A DNA stretch of 64,000 nt from Eledone cirrhosa (GCA_964016885.1 OZ024763.1:10850001-10914000); one strand, 5' to 3'; shown: positions 26,085-39,265, counted from the stretch's first letter. Notes: generated from the letters alone by a model not told the origin. Made by a program: numbers and translations.

Positions 26085-26490
26085 GAATGAATCTTAGGTA
26101 ATGACTGAAAGAATTACGACTGCGAATACAGGCGGCCGGAATGGAATTCCTCCGAAGGGTCTTTGGAGCAAGGTTACTCAATAGAAGGCGTAGCTCGAAG
26201 ATCAGAGACTCTTCCAGGTAGAGCCGCTACTTCGCCCGATTGAGATATTACAGCTCCAATACTATGGACATGTGGTTAGAATGTCAAAGGAAAGAAGCAC
26301 TGGACAGATTTTACAGACAAAACCAACCAGCAGGAGACCCAGGGGTAGACCCTAAGCAAGATGCCTAGATAACATCCACAAGTTTGGTCAGTCACACTTG
26401 AAGATCCAGCTAGATCATTTGGAGAGAGTTGCCTCTGACAAAACTCACTGGAAGGCGTGTCTGAGAACTCTGGTCTCACAACCCTCCCAA
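26085..26490 (+). mobile_element. RTE-clade LINE 3' fragment
   Basis: RIQAAGMEFLRRV..LQYYGHVVRM..RRPRGRP, with frameshifts. Confidence 0.8.
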
Positions 26491-27039
26491 GGAGGAGGAG
26501 AAGAGAAAAAAAAGAAGAAAGCCTTCCTTTATATATAAATATATATATAAATAAATTCCATCAGAATACTTAAGGTCCCAGGTTCAATCTCAGTGTGTGA
26601 CATTTTGGGCAAGTGTCATTTACCATAATTTCAGGTCAAACAAATTCTTGTGAGTGTTATTGGGTAGACAGAAATTGTGTGGAAGCCTGTCAGATGAAAT
26701 GTACCTGTAATTCAAAGGTGCAAGCTTTGTCACATATTGTGTTATGCTGAATCTGCCTGAGATTTATGTTAAAGGTACATGTGACTGTGGAATACTCAGC
26801 CAATTATCATTAATTTCTTGAGCGGGTGGATGACTAGTCCATCCACATGGATATTATATAATATCTTACACAAACATTTGAGAGAGTCTGAGACCCACAG
26901 AGAACACCTAAATGACCTCCCTGTTGCTGACCCTTACATTAAGTAAAAATATTAACATGTAACATCAATACCTTGTTAACCCCTTCCACGGTCAAATAAA
27001 TCTTTACTATCACTATTTTATGGGTGTGTGCGTGTACGA

Positions 27040-27760
27040 AGGCATGTGGCTAAGTGGTTAAAGTGTTGGATTCACAATCGAGAGGTTGTGAGTTCGATTC
27101 CTGGACCAGGTGATGTGTTGTCCTTAAGCAGGACTTTATTTCATGTTGTTCCAGTTCACTGAGTTGTGACATCACTGGTGCCAAGGATGTGAGGAGTGAT
27201 GGGGATGAGTTGTGGCGTCACTGGTGCCAAGGATGTGAGGACTGATGGGGATGAGTTGTGACGTCACTGGTGCCAAGGATGTGAGGAGTGATGGGGATGA
27301 GTTGTGACGTCACTGGTGCCAAGGATGTGAGGACTGATGGGGATGAGTTGTGACGTCACTGGTGCCAAGGATGTGAGGAGTGATGGAAATGAGTTGTGAC
27401 GTCACTGGTGCCAAGGATGTGAGGACTGATGGGGATGAGTTGTGACGTCACTGGTGCCAAGGATGTGAGGACTGATGGGGATGAGTTGTGACGTCACTGG
27501 TGCCAAGGATGTGAGGAGTGATGGAAATGAGTTGTGACGTCACTGGTGCCAAGGATGTGAGGACTGATGGGGATGAGTTGTGACGTCACTGGTGCCAAGG
27601 ATGTGAGGAGTGATGGAGATGAGTTGTGACGTCACTGGTGCCAAGGATGTGAGGAGTGATGGAGATGAGTTGTGACGTCACTGGTGCCAAGGATGTGAGG
27701 ACTGATGGGGATGAGTTGTGACGTCACTGGTGCCAAGGATGTGAGGAGTGATGGGGATGA
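27040..27760 (+). repeat. SINE-A head followed by 13 copies of a 46-bp minisatellite
   Basis: Unit gagttgTGACGTCActggtgccaaggatgtgaggactgatggggat. Confidence 0.9.
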
Positions 27761-28109
27761 GAGTGGAAGGAAGACCATGAAAGATATAGTTAAAAATGAT
27801 GGTGGAGGAAATGAAAGCCAAGTGGTTGGTGGTTGAAGATGCAGTCAATTTTGCACCGAATGAAGCTTGTTGTGGGGTACACAAGTTTAACCCTTGTTTT
27901 AGCGGAGACGTGGGCTTTAAAACGCTTGTTCTGTGTTGCTGCATAGGAATAATACTGATTTCCATTATAGGCACAAGGCCAGAAATTTGGGGGAAGCAAG
28001 TGGGAAGCAAGACAAATCTCTTTGCATATGCCCGACACGGAAGAACAAGGAACATTGTGTACAAGGAGGTGATACAATCATTGTTTAGGTAGACGAGGCA
28101 GAAGGGGAT

Positions 28110-28399
28110 ATACACGATTGGCTGAAGAAGGACGAGACTGTGTTAGTAGTACGACCAACAGCTGCTATCACACCAACAGCAGCAAAAACAACAACAACAA
28201 CAACAACAACAACAAAAGAGAGGGAACGCAATTACATGCTTTTGAAAAATCTTAATGGAAAATTATTTGCCAAAGCACAAAATGTAGACACCATCCCCAG
28301 GCCGAGGTATTCCGGACTTCTCTGTACTGTTTCAGAAAGGAGGGATAAACATGCCAATCTATGTTTACAAACCCGAGCAACGCCGGGCCATTCTGCTAG
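28110..28399 (+). mobile_element. Non-autonomous Helitron 3' end
   Basis: Hairpin CCCG-agcaacgc-CGGG followed by ccattctgCTAG|T. The 5' boundary is uncertain. Confidence 0.65.
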
Positions 28400-28699
28400 T
28401 GTGAGATAAAGCCTTTACCGTGAAAATACAAAAGTAGATATAGAGTAATGTAAAATGGTAAAGGGTTGACATGTACTGAACACTCCATCGGTTAGTGCTC
28501 TTCCCAGTTTTCCAACTGTGAACATATACACACCTACACAATACATGTATATGTGTGCATGTGTACACACATCAATGTATGTTAAACTGTGATGATATAC
28601 ACACACAAAACTGCCAGATGAAGGGGGAGGAGAGACTAACCTTCCTGGTGACAGATACATCAACTGAAGCAGTTAATGTAGCATAAACTGTTCCACTTA

Positions 28700-28968
28700 G
28701 ATACACACACCCACATACACACCTAACTACACACACACCCACATATACATACACACCTAACTACACACACACACACCCATATATACATACACACCTAACT
28801 ACACACACACCCACATATACATATACACCTAACTACACAGACAGCCATAACATATACATACACACCTAACTACACATATACATCCACTTAGATCTTCCAT
28901 GCATACATACACCCACATATGCATACACACATATACACCTAACCACACATACATACACCTACTTAGAC

Positions 28969-29025
<57 letters not shown>

Positions 29026-30660
29026 ATTGACACCCACACATACACGCTGACACCCGCACATACATACACACAGACACCCGCACATACATACACACAGACA
29101 CCCACACACCCACACACACATACACACTGACACCCACACACCCACACACGCTGACACCCACGCATACACGCTGACACCCACACATACATGCTGACACCCA
29201 CACACCCACACATACATATTTGAACTCCGGAAACTTAAAGAGCAGGTAGAGATGTACTACAAAGAATGACACACACACACGTACACATACACACATACAC
29301 TGTGGTAGACAGATACACACATACAAATACACAGTAACTTACACACACAAACTCAATGACAGAAACACACAAATGTAGAGTGACTCAGTGACACACACAC
29401 ATCAACTAGCAATCATACACACTAACTCAATGACACACACACACACTGACAGTCTGTAGGGAGGTGCATGTATGGTGTGTGTATATTGTTTATATGGTGC
29501 ATCTGTATGTGTATGGTGTGTGTGTGTGTGTATGTATGTGTGTGTATGATGTTTGCAGTGTGGTATGTGTATCGTGTGTATGTAGGTATGTGCAGTGTGG
29601 GGTGGTGTGTATGTATGTGTGTGCAATGTGGTATGTGTGTATGTGCAGTGTGGTGTGTATGTATGTATGTGCAGTGTGGTGTGGTGTGTATGTATGTATG
29701 TGCAGTGTGGTGTGGTGTGGTGTGTATGTATGTGCAGTGTGATGTGGTGTGGTGTGGTGTGTATGTGCAGTGTGATGTGGTGTGGTGTGGTGTGTATGTA
29801 TGTGCAGTGTAGTGTGGTGTGGTGTGTATGTATGTGCAGTGTAGTGTGGTGTGTGTGTATGTATGTGCAGTGTAGTGTGGTGTGTGTGTATGTATGTATG
29901 TGCAGTGTGGTGTGGTGTGTATGTATGTGCAGTGTGATGTGGTGTGGTGTGGTGTGTATGTGCAGTGTGATGTGGTGTGGTGTGGTGTGTATGTATGTGC
30001 AGTGTAGTGTGGTGTGTGTGTATGTATGTGCAGTGTAGTGTGGTGTGTGTGTATGTAGGTATGTGCAGTGTGGTGTGGTGTGTATGTGCAGTGTGGTGTG
30101 GTGTGGTGTGGTGTGTATGTATGTGCAGTGTGGTGTGGTGTGTATGTATGTGCGGTGTGGTGTGTATGTATGCGCAGTGTGGTGTGGTGTGTATGTATGT
30201 ATGTGCAGTGTGGTGTGGTGTGTATGTATGTGCAGTGTGGTCTGATGTGGTGTGTATGTATGTATGTGTGGTGTGGTGTGGTGTGTATGTATGTGCAGTG
30301 TGGTGTGGTGTGTATGTATGTATGTGCAGTGGGGTATGGTGTGGTGTGTATGTATGTATGTATGTATGTGCAGTGTGGTGTGGTGTGGTATGTATGTATG
30401 TATGTATGTGCAGTGTGGTGTGGTGTGGTATGTATGTATGTATGTATGTGCAGTGTGGTGTGGTGTGGTATGTATGTATGTGCAGTGTGGTATGTATGTA
30501 TGTATGTGCAGTGTGGTGTGGTGTGGTATGTATGTATGTATGTGCAGTGTGGTGTAGTGTGGTGTATGTATGTATGTGCAGTGTGGTGTGGTATGTATGT
30601 ATGTATGTGCAGTGTGGTGTGGTGTGGTGTGTATGTATGTGCAGTGTAGTGTGGTGTGTG
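28700..30660. repeat. (CA)n / (GTGTG, GTAT)n complex microsatellite field
   Basis: Low complexity. Confidence 0.95.
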
Positions 30661-31182
30661 AACCATTCAACCATCCCTCTCTCTCTGCAGCTAATTCAAT
30701 CAAGCACACATGAGTTGAGTGTTTCTGAAGTTTCACACCATGAAGCAAATTTAAGCCACAGCAAACACTGTTGGTCGCTCAACTGTGAAACCTGGAGCTC
30801 TGTTCAAGTGCTGCTGTACTGAAGAGGTGGTGGTGGTGGTGGTGGGGGGGGGGGGGGGGGGGGGAGATCAATATCTTGGAGATGCAGAGCTTTATTGTTA
30901 ATATTAATCAGTTGCAGTGACAAAAATGGTGGAGAAATATAGCTAAATAAATTACCTTAGATAGGAGCTGCTCTCGGGGCTGTGGGTGGGCCCCATCGCG
31001 TGCCAATACATTAGTTAAATACCATTCTTTCATCTGATATATCTCTAAATTATATTTTGTACAATTAGTCGTAGACTAATATTCTATTAGTTATTGATCA
31101 ACTCGAGCTTTCAGAAGACATTTTCTAAAGTTGCCCACCACGGCTTCGAACCCAGGAGCCACAGGCAAATTCTTAACTACAT

Positions 31183-31365
31183 AATTGTTTCTTCTTTAGG
31201 CACAAGGCCAGCAATTATCCCAGTGCATTACTGGTATTTTATTTTATCGACCCCCGTAAGGATGAAAGGCAAAGTTAACCTCGGCGGGATTTGAACTCAG
31301 ATCATAAAGGGCCGTAACTATGCTGGAAAGCATGGCGTCCGACCCTCCACCGATACTGCCAATAA
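31183..31365 (-). mobile_element. SINE-B copy
   Basis: Family B block. Confidence 0.8.
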
Positions 31366-31428
31366 TGATTATAAATAATTTAATCACTCATCCTTGGCTT
31401 AGTCAAGCCCGGTGTTTCCAATACAGAT

Positions 31429-31505
<77 letters not shown>

Positions 31506-31517
31506 TACATACATACA

Positions 31518-31807
31518 TTTCATTTTACGTCTGCTTTTTCCCTGCTTGCAAGGGTGGGGCGGGAACTGATTCTGGCTTGATTTCTACAGCTGGATGCCCT
31601 TCCTAACACCAACCTCATTTACAGTGAGTGCTGGGTGCTTTTTTACCGTGGCGCCTACAGTGGAATGATATAGACCCCAGTCCCTATCATTTCATTTCTA
31701 CAGCTGAGTAAACTGGAGCAATGTGAAATAAAGTGTCTTGCACAAGGAAACAACACATCACCCGGTCTGAGAATTGAACTCACAACCTTTCGATTGCAAG
31801 TAAGCCA

Positions 31808-31812
<5 letters not shown>
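31518..31812 (-). mobile_element. SINE-A copy
   Basis: Reverse complement of the 56678-57017 type. Confidence 0.85.
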
Positions 31813-31857
<45 letters not shown>

Positions 31858-31864
<7 letters not shown>

Positions 31865-32117
31865 GATATTAAACAAATGGAAACTATATTTATAAAACCA
31901 TATTTATTTCATTATACATATTTCAGGGATACCATATTAATAGTATATAGATACCATATTAATAGTATCCCTGAAATATGTATAATGAAATAAATATGGT
32001 TTTATAAATATAGTTTCCATTTGTTTAATATCGTATATATACTCCAAAAACTTGTCGAGTGCTTTATATCAGTTATAAAATATTTACTTGTAACCCAACA
32101 ATTTTAAATAAAACCTT

Positions 32118-32120
<3 letters not shown>
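31858..32120. mobile_element. Fold-back copy of the AT-rich HHR element
   Basis: Perfect arms of about 75 bp (31858-31932 and 31965-32040), each carrying gtatccct-GAAA-tatgta-TA-atgaaataa. Confidence 0.75.
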
Positions 32121-32154
<34 letters not shown>

Positions 32155-32178
32155 GTGGTTACACAACAGTTAGTTCAC

Positions 32179-32226
32179 CATACCGAGAACAATTGTCCCA
32201 CCTTCGCGGATCTTCAGCTCGGGATG
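32179..32226 (-). ncRNA. Minimal HHR with a 2-nt deletion in GAAA
   Basis: CATCCCGAG-CTGAAGA-TCCGC gaag GTGG-GA-CAATTG-TT-CTCGGTATG; stem I pairs at 8 of 9 positions. Confidence 0.6.
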
Positions 32227-32340
32227 TGTGTGTGTGTGTATACACACACACACACACACAAGTCTTGGGTTCAATCGGGGGTAACCACAGTAAATGAAGT
32301 ACTCAATACATTAGTAGAGTGTATACAAAATTTTAATATA

Positions 32341-32396
32341 GAAATGGCTTCTACAGAACTAGAACTGTTTCATTCGAAAGAAATCAGGGGCTTTCC
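32341..32396 (-). ncRNA. Degenerate HHR
   Basis: GAAAGCCC-CTGAT..TTC tttc GAAT-GAAA-CAG..CTG-TA-GAAGCC; homolog at 39988-40045. Confidence 0.55.
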
Positions 32397-32467
32397 TGAT
32401 GATTTCTCACCATTCAGCCTCACTTTCATTTTTAATAGATATTAATTTCAAATCTTATATCTAAAAC

Positions 32468-32546
32468 ATAACTATTTCATCTGATGAATGAACTGGATGA
32501 TTCTGTGAGGATCGTCTCCTGAAACCTTTGGTAATGGAATAATTAT
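32468..32546 (+). ncRNA. Type I hammerhead ribozyme with intact core
   Basis: ataactatttcat-CTGATGA-..ggatgattc tgtga ggatcgtct..-GAAA-CC ttt GG-TA|atggaataattat. Stem I pairs at 12 of 13 positions; predicted cut after 32533 (GUA). Confidence 0.75.
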
Positions 32547-32664
32547 ATGGTGTTGTTTATTATGTAATAAAATAGCTCTGTACAATACATAGAGCACTCT
32601 CCTTTCCTTTACCTTTTCTACGGAAATACTTAACACACGCACAACATATATATATATCAGAGAG

Positions 32665-32846
32665 GGTGTGGAAAGATACCAGGTGGACCATAACCCACCA
32701 GAGTACTCAATACTTGGGGTAGTAGAGTGGGTAATATGAAAAGATTCAGGACCCAGACGGCTGAGCTCTGGCTGTTTCAACAGCTAGATCCGAATGGTGA
32801 TGTAGCTGTTGAAACGGCCAGAGCTCAGCCGTCGAGGTGCTGAATC

Positions 32847-32850
<4 letters not shown>
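32665..32850. mobile_element. GC-rich hairpin element (fold-back HHR half plus tail)
   Basis: Palindrome 32741-32848 containing GAAA-CGGC..GCCG-TC; homologs at 46237 and 52244. Confidence 0.75.
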
Positions 32851-32913
<63 letters not shown>

Positions 32914-33660
32914 CATCATCTTCGTTTAACATCTATCTTCCACGCTAGCATAGGGGTGTGGCTGAGTGGTTAGAGAATAAGATTTGTACCACGAGGTTGT
33001 GAGTTCAATTCCTGGACTGGGTGATGCGTTATGTCCTTCAACAAGACACTTTATTTCATGCTCTTCCTGCCTGGATTTGTGACCAGTAGATAGTATTAGC
33101 AATTGGAAATGTTTCTTGAGTCCGATTTGATGAGCTCCACTCATTAAATGGATCTTGTTGATAGGGGAAGATAGGGAGAGTGTGGTGTGTTATATATACT
33201 GCTTCATAGTAAATATCCCATAGTACCTACCTCATAGTACCTGTGTTATAGTAGATTAATAGAAATGCTTTACTAAAGTTGCCTTAATGTAGTATTTCAG
33301 ATGTGGAGGGGGTGTATGGTGAGGGGAAGGCAATATATGAATGAAAGGAGTTGCAGTCATGTACTATGGCTAAACTAGTATACTGTTGGTGGTGGTAGTG
33401 ATGATTGTAGCAGATTTAGGAAGATGGTAGTGGCAGTGGTGGTAGTAGTAATAGTAGCAGTGGTGGTAGTAATAGTAGTATTGGTGCTGGTAGTAATAAT
33501 AGTAGTAGCAGTGGTGGTAGTAATAGTAGTAGAGTTGGTGGTAGTAATAGTAGTAACAGTGGTAGTAGTGTGTGTGTGTGTGTGTCTATAAAAAGTAAAT
33601 GGGAACAACACAGTACAATGAAGAAATATATTAGTTTAACACTTGATATGGTGGGAAAAA

Positions 33661-33700
33661 AGTCTAAGTTTCAGACACCAGTCCTTCATCAGAAGATAGA
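33661..33700 (-). ncRNA. Degenerate minimal HHR
   Basis: CTGATGA-A-GGAC tggt GTCT-GAAA-CTTA; stem I is not retained. Confidence 0.4.
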
Positions 33701-34029
33701 CTGAGAAATAAAAGACAAAATAAAAAGTTAGAGAATGAGAAGTGAAAGGGATGGAAAAAAATTGTACATGAGTACTGTCAGCCATTTTGAATAGTTACTT
33801 TACCCCCAACAGCTTTGGAGGCCCTGAAAATTGTGTCATGGTAATCCCCCCCCCCCCCAAGGGTCATGGACACTGACCCTTCTCTCTCCCGATACCACAC
33901 CAAACAGTAACAAAACCATTGGCATATTCCAGCTATAATCTGTAGAGATTCTACTCAAGTTTTACAAGACAACCATTGCTGAGAGAAGGTTTTTATCAGC
34001 AAAGAGAGACAAAATCTGTCTTGTGGCTA

Positions 34030-36880
34030 TGGTTGTGGTTGTAGTAGTTGTTGTTGTGGCTGTGTTGATGTCACTGTTGTAGTAGTGGCTGTAGTAGTAG
34101 TTGATGTCACTGTTGTAGTAGTGGCTGTAGTAGTAGTAGATGTCAGTGTTATAGTAGTGGCTGTAGTAGTAGATGTCAGTGTTGTAGTAGTGGCTGTAGT
34201 AGTAGCAGCTGTCAGTGTTGTAGTAGTGGCTGTAGTAGTAGATGTCAGTGTTGTAGTAGTGGCTGTAGTAGTAGCAGCTGTCAGTGTTGTAGTAGTGGCT
34301 GTAGTAGTAGATGTCAGTGTTGTAGTAGTGGCTGTAGTAGTAGCAGCTGTCAGTGTTGTAGTAGTGGCTGTAGTAGTAGATGTCAGTGTTGTAGTAGTGG
34401 CTGTAGTAGTAGATGTCAGTGTTGTAGTAGTGGCTGTAGTAGTAGATGTCAGTGTTGTAGTAGTGGCTGTAGTAGTAGATGTCAGTGTTGTAGTAGTGGC
34501 TGTAGTAGTAGATGTCAGTGTTGTAGTAGTGGCTGTAGTAGTAGCAGCTGTCAGTGTTGTAGTAGTGGCTGTAGTAGTAGATGTCAGTGTTGTAGTAGTG
34601 GCTGTAGTAGTAGCAGCTGTCAGTGTTGTAGTAGTGGCTGTAGTAGTAGATGTCAGTGTTGTAGTAGTGGCTGTAGTAGTAGTAGCTGCCAGTGTTGTAG
34701 TAGTGGCTGTAGTAGTAGTTGATGTCAGTGTTGTAGTAGTGGCTGTAGTAGTAGCAGCTGCCAGTGTTGTAGTAGTGGCTGTAGTAGTAGTTGATGTCAG
34801 TGTTGTAGTAGTGGCTGTAGTAGTAGATGTCAGTGTTGTAGTAGTGGCTGTAGTAGTAGATGTCAGTGTTGTAGTAGTGGCTGTAGTAGTAGCTGTAGTA
34901 GTAGCTACTGTCAGTGTTGTAGTAGTAGTTGATGTCTGTGTTGTAGTAGAGGCTGTAGTAGTAGCTACTGTCAGTGTTGTAGTAGTGGCTGTAGTAGTAG
35001 TTGATGTCAGTGTTGTAGTAGTGGCTGTAGTAGTAGTTGATGTCAGTGTTGTAGTAGAGGCTGTAGTAGTAGCTACTGTCACTGTTGTAGTAGAGGCTGT
35101 AGTAGTAGTTGATGTCAGTGTTGTAGTAGTGGCTGTAGTAGTAGTTGATGTCAGTGTTGTAGTAGTGGCTGTAGTAGTAGTAGCTGTCAGTGTTGTAGTA
35201 GTGGCTGTAGTAGAAGTTGATGTCAGTGTTGTAGTAGAGGCTGTAGTAGTAGCTGCTGTCAGTGTTGTAGTAGTGGCTGTAGTAGTAGTTGATGTCAGTG
35301 TTGTAGTAGTGGCTGTAGTAGTAGTAGCTGTCAGTGTTGTAGTAGTGGCTGTAGTAGAAGTTGATGTCAGTGTTGTAGTAGAGGCTGTAGTAGTAGTTGA
35401 TGTCAGTGTTGTAGTAGAGGCTGTAGTAGTAGCTACTGTCACTGTTGTAGTAGAGGCTGTAGTAGTAGTTGATGTCAGTGTTGTAGTAGTGGCTGTAGTA
35501 GTAGTTGATGTCAGTGTTGTAGTAGTGGCTGTAGTAGTAGTAGCTGTCAGTGTTGTAGTAGTGGCTGTAGTAGAAGTTGATGTCAGTGTTGTAGTAGAGG
35601 CTGTAGTAGTAGTAGATGTCAGTGTTGTAGTAGTGGCTGTAGTAGTAGCAGCTGTCAGTGTTGTAGTAGTAGCTACTGTCACTGTTGTAGTAGTGGCTGT
35701 AGTAGTAGTAGATGTCAGTGTTGTAGTAGTGGCTGTAGTAGTAGATGTCAGTGTTGTAGTAGTGGCTGTAGTAGTAGTAGCTGTCAGTGTTGTAGTAGTG
35801 GCTGTAGTAGTAGCTACTGTCACTGTTGTAGTAGTGGCTGTAGTAGTAGTAGATGTCAGTGTTGTAGTAGTGGCTGTAGTAGTAGCTACTGTCACTGTTG
35901 TAGTAGTGGCTGTAGTAGTAGTAGATGTCAGTGTTGTAGTAGTGGCTGTAGTAGTAGTAGCTGTCAGTGTTGTAGTAGTGGCTGTAGTAGATGTCAGTGT
36001 TGTAGTAGTGGCTGTAGTAGTAGTAGCTGTCAGTGTTGTAGTAGTGGCTGTAGTAGAAGTTGATGTCAGTGTTGTAGTAGAGGCTGTAGTAGTAGCTGCT
36101 GTCAGTGTTGTAGTAGTGGCTGTAGTAGTAGCTACTGTCACTGTTGTAGTAGTGGCTGTAGTAGTAGTAGATGTCAGTGTTGTAGTAGTGGCTGTAGTAG
36201 TAGCTACTGTCACTGTTGTAGTAGTGGCTGTAGTAGTAGTAGATGTCAGTGTTGTAGTAGTGGCTGTAGTAGTAGTAGCTGTCAGTGTTGTAGTAGTGGC
36301 TGTAGTAGATGTCAGTGTTGTAGTAGTGGCTGTAGTAGTAGTAGCTGTCAGTGTTGTAGTAGTGGCTGTAGTAGAAGTTGATGTCAGTGTTGTAGTAGAG
36401 GCTGTAGTAGTAGCTGCTGTCAGTGTTGTAGTAGTGGCTGTAGTAGTAGCTACTGTCACTGTTGTAGTAGTGGCTGTAGTAGTAGTAGATGTCAGTGTTG
36501 TAGTAGTGGCTGTAGTAGTAGCTACTGTCACTGTTGTAGTAGTGGCTGTAGTAGTAGTAGATGTCAGTGTTGTAGTAGTGGCTGTAGTAGTAGTAGCTGT
36601 CAGTGTTGTAGTAGTGGCTGTAGTAGATGTCAGTGTTGTAGTAGTGGCTGTAGTAGTAGTAGCTGTCAGTGTTGTAGTAGTGGCTGTAGTAGAAGTTGAT
36701 GTCAGTGTTGTAGTAGAGGCTGTAGTAGTAGCTGCTGTCAGTGTTGTAGTAGTGGCTGTAGTAGTAGCTACTGTCACTGTTGTAGTAGTGGCTGTAGTAG
36801 TAGTAGATGTCAGTGTTGTAGTAGTGGCTGTAGTAGTAGTAGCTGTCAGTGTTGTAGTAGAGGCTGTAGTAGTAGCTGCT
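34030..36880. repeat. (TAG)n-based 27-33-bp minisatellite with a 318-bp higher-order repeat
   Basis: Unit gatgtcagtgttgtagtagtggctgtagtagta; the marker gtagaag recurs at 36053, 36371 and 36689. Confidence 0.95.
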
Positions 36881-37021
36881 ATAACCAGCTGCAGCAGTGA
36901 AGAGAGAGAAATAAAATGGGAGTGTTGTTATGTCCTTAAAATAACTCCATCCTTTGACCTTCACATCAAGCTGGAAATGCCAAGATAACAGCCTCTCATT
37001 TTTGTCACCAAACAGAATAAA

Positions 37022-38250
37022 TAATTGTTTCTACTATAGGCACAAGGCCAGCAATTATCGCAGTGTATTACTGGTACTTTATTTTATCGACCCCATAAGG
37101 ATGAAAGGCAAAGTTAAACTCGACGGGATTTGAACTCAGAATGGCAAGGACCGTAACTCTTTGCTGCAAAGCATGGCATCCGACCCTCTACCGATACTGC
37201 CAATCTACCACCCTAGCATGGTGTCCGACCCTCTACCGATACTGCCAATATACCACCCTAGCATGGTGTCCGACCCTCTAACGATACTGCCAATCTACCA
37301 CCCTAGCATGGTGTCCGACCCTCTACCGATACTGCCAATCTACCACCCTAGCATGGCGTCCGACCCTCTACCGATACTGCCAATCTACCACCCTAGCATG
37401 GCGTCCGACCCTCTACCGATACTGCCAATCTACCACCCTAGCATGGCGTCCGACCCTCTACCGATACTGCCAATCTACCACCCTAGCATGGTGTCCGACC
37501 CTCTACCGATACTGCCAATCTACCACCCTAGCATGGTGTCCGACCCTCTACCGATACTGCCAATCTACCACCCTAGCATGGTGTCCGACCCTCTACCGAT
37601 ACTGCCAATCTACCACCCTAGCATGGTGTCCGACCCTCTAACGATACTGCTAATCTACCACCCTAGCATGGTGTCCGACCCTCTACCGATACTGCCAATC
37701 TACCACCCTAGCATGGTGTCCGACCCTCTACCGATACTGCCAATCTACCACCCTAGCATGGTGTCCGACCCTCTACCGATACTGCCAATCTACCACCCTA
37801 GCATGGTGTCCGACCCTCTAACGATACTGCTAATCTACCACCCTAGCATGGTGTCCGACCCTCTACCGATACTGCCAATCTACCACCCTAGCATGGCGTC
37901 CGACCCTCTCCCGATACTGCCAATCTACCACCCTAGCATGGTGTCCGACCCTCTACCGATACTGCCAATCTACCACCCTAGCATGGTGTCCGACCCTCTA
38001 CCGATACTGCCAATCCATCGCCCAAACAGAATAATAATAATAATCATTTCTACTATAGGCACAAGGACAGCAATTTGGGAGAAGGAAAAGTCGATTAAAT
38101 CGACCCCAGTGCATTACTGGTGTTTTATTTTATTGACCTCTGTAAGGATGAAAGGCAAAGGTAACCTCGGCAGGATTTGAGCTCAGAACGTAAAGGGCCA
38201 CAACTCAATGTCGCAAACCACAGTGTCCTATGCTTACCGATACTGCTAAT
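37022..38250 (-). repeat. SINE-B with its 5' segment expanded into about 18 x 45-bp units, followed by another SINE-B
   Basis: (gcatggtgtccgaccctctaccgatactgccaatctaccacccta)n at 37170-38015. Confidence 0.9.
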
Positions 38251-38400
38251 GATTTCTTTATAAAGCACAAAGGGTTTACATGAAGAAAAACGTTATCACA
38301 GTACAGGATGAAAACTGGGGGTGTTGACAAGAGGGTTTTGTGTGTAGACAAACTTAATGTTAAAAAAGAAAGATAATAAAATTAAAACAAAGTGGTTTCC

Positions 38401-39265
38401 TTAACCCTTTAATGTTCAAACCGGCCAAAACCAGGCAGAATTCTCTACCTCTTTCTGTTGAAACTGGCTGTAACTGGTCACTCAAACTGATGTTAAGGTA
38501 TTGTTCTCAAAATAAATACTTTCAAAATCTCATAGATTCAATATTATGTGAGATAATTATGTGAGGTAAAGCCTTTACCATGAAAATATAATAGTATATA
38601 TAGAGTAATGTAAATGTATGTGAGATATTATGTGAGGTAAAGCCTTTACCATGAAAATATAATAGTATATATAGAGTAATGTAAATGTATGTGAGATATT
38701 ATGTGAGGTAAAGCCTTTACCATGAAAATACAATAGTATATATAGAGTAATGTAAATGTATGTGAGATATTATGTGAGGTAAAGCCTTTACCATGAAAAT
38801 ATAATAGTATATATAGAGTAATGTAAATGTATGTGAGATATTATGTGAGGTAAAGCCTTTACCATGAAAATACAATAGTATATATAGAGTAATGTAAATG
38901 TTATGAGATATTATGTGAGGTAAAGCCTTTACCATGAAAATATAATAGTATATATAGAGTAATGTAAATGTATGTGAGATATTATGTGAGGTAAAGCCTT
39001 TACCATGAAAATATAATAGTATATATAGAGTAATGTAAATGTATGTGAGATATTATGTGAGGTAAAGCCTTTACCATGAAAATATAATAGTATATATAGA
39101 GTAATGTAAATGTATGTGAGATATTATGTGAGGTAAAGCCTTTACCATGAAAATACAATAGTATATATAGAGTAATGTAAATGTTATGAGATATTATGTG
39201 AGGTAAAGCCGTTACTGTGAAAATGTAATAGTATATATAGAGTAATGTGAATGCTAAAGTGTTAA
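38401..39265. mobile_element. piggyBac-like MITE family 1 with about 10 internal 71-bp tandem units
   Basis: TTAACCCTTTA...atgctaaagtgTTAA; tandem block at 38545-39250. Confidence 0.8.

Noticed and set aside
27161-27760. CRISPR-like regular repeats here and in the other arrays
   Set aside because: No unique spacers, no cas genes, and a eukaryotic context.
29215-29270. Minus-strand YLLFK peptide resembling the next upstream GRK2 exon (GYLLF..FC)
   Set aside because: The following residues, length and phase do not fit; that exon probably lies beyond position 64000.
33962-36988. ORFs of 916-1000 aa (Tyr-, Thr- or Val-rich)
   Set aside because: Open in three frames on both strands only because the repeat is trinucleotide-based; no unique coding flanks or splice support.
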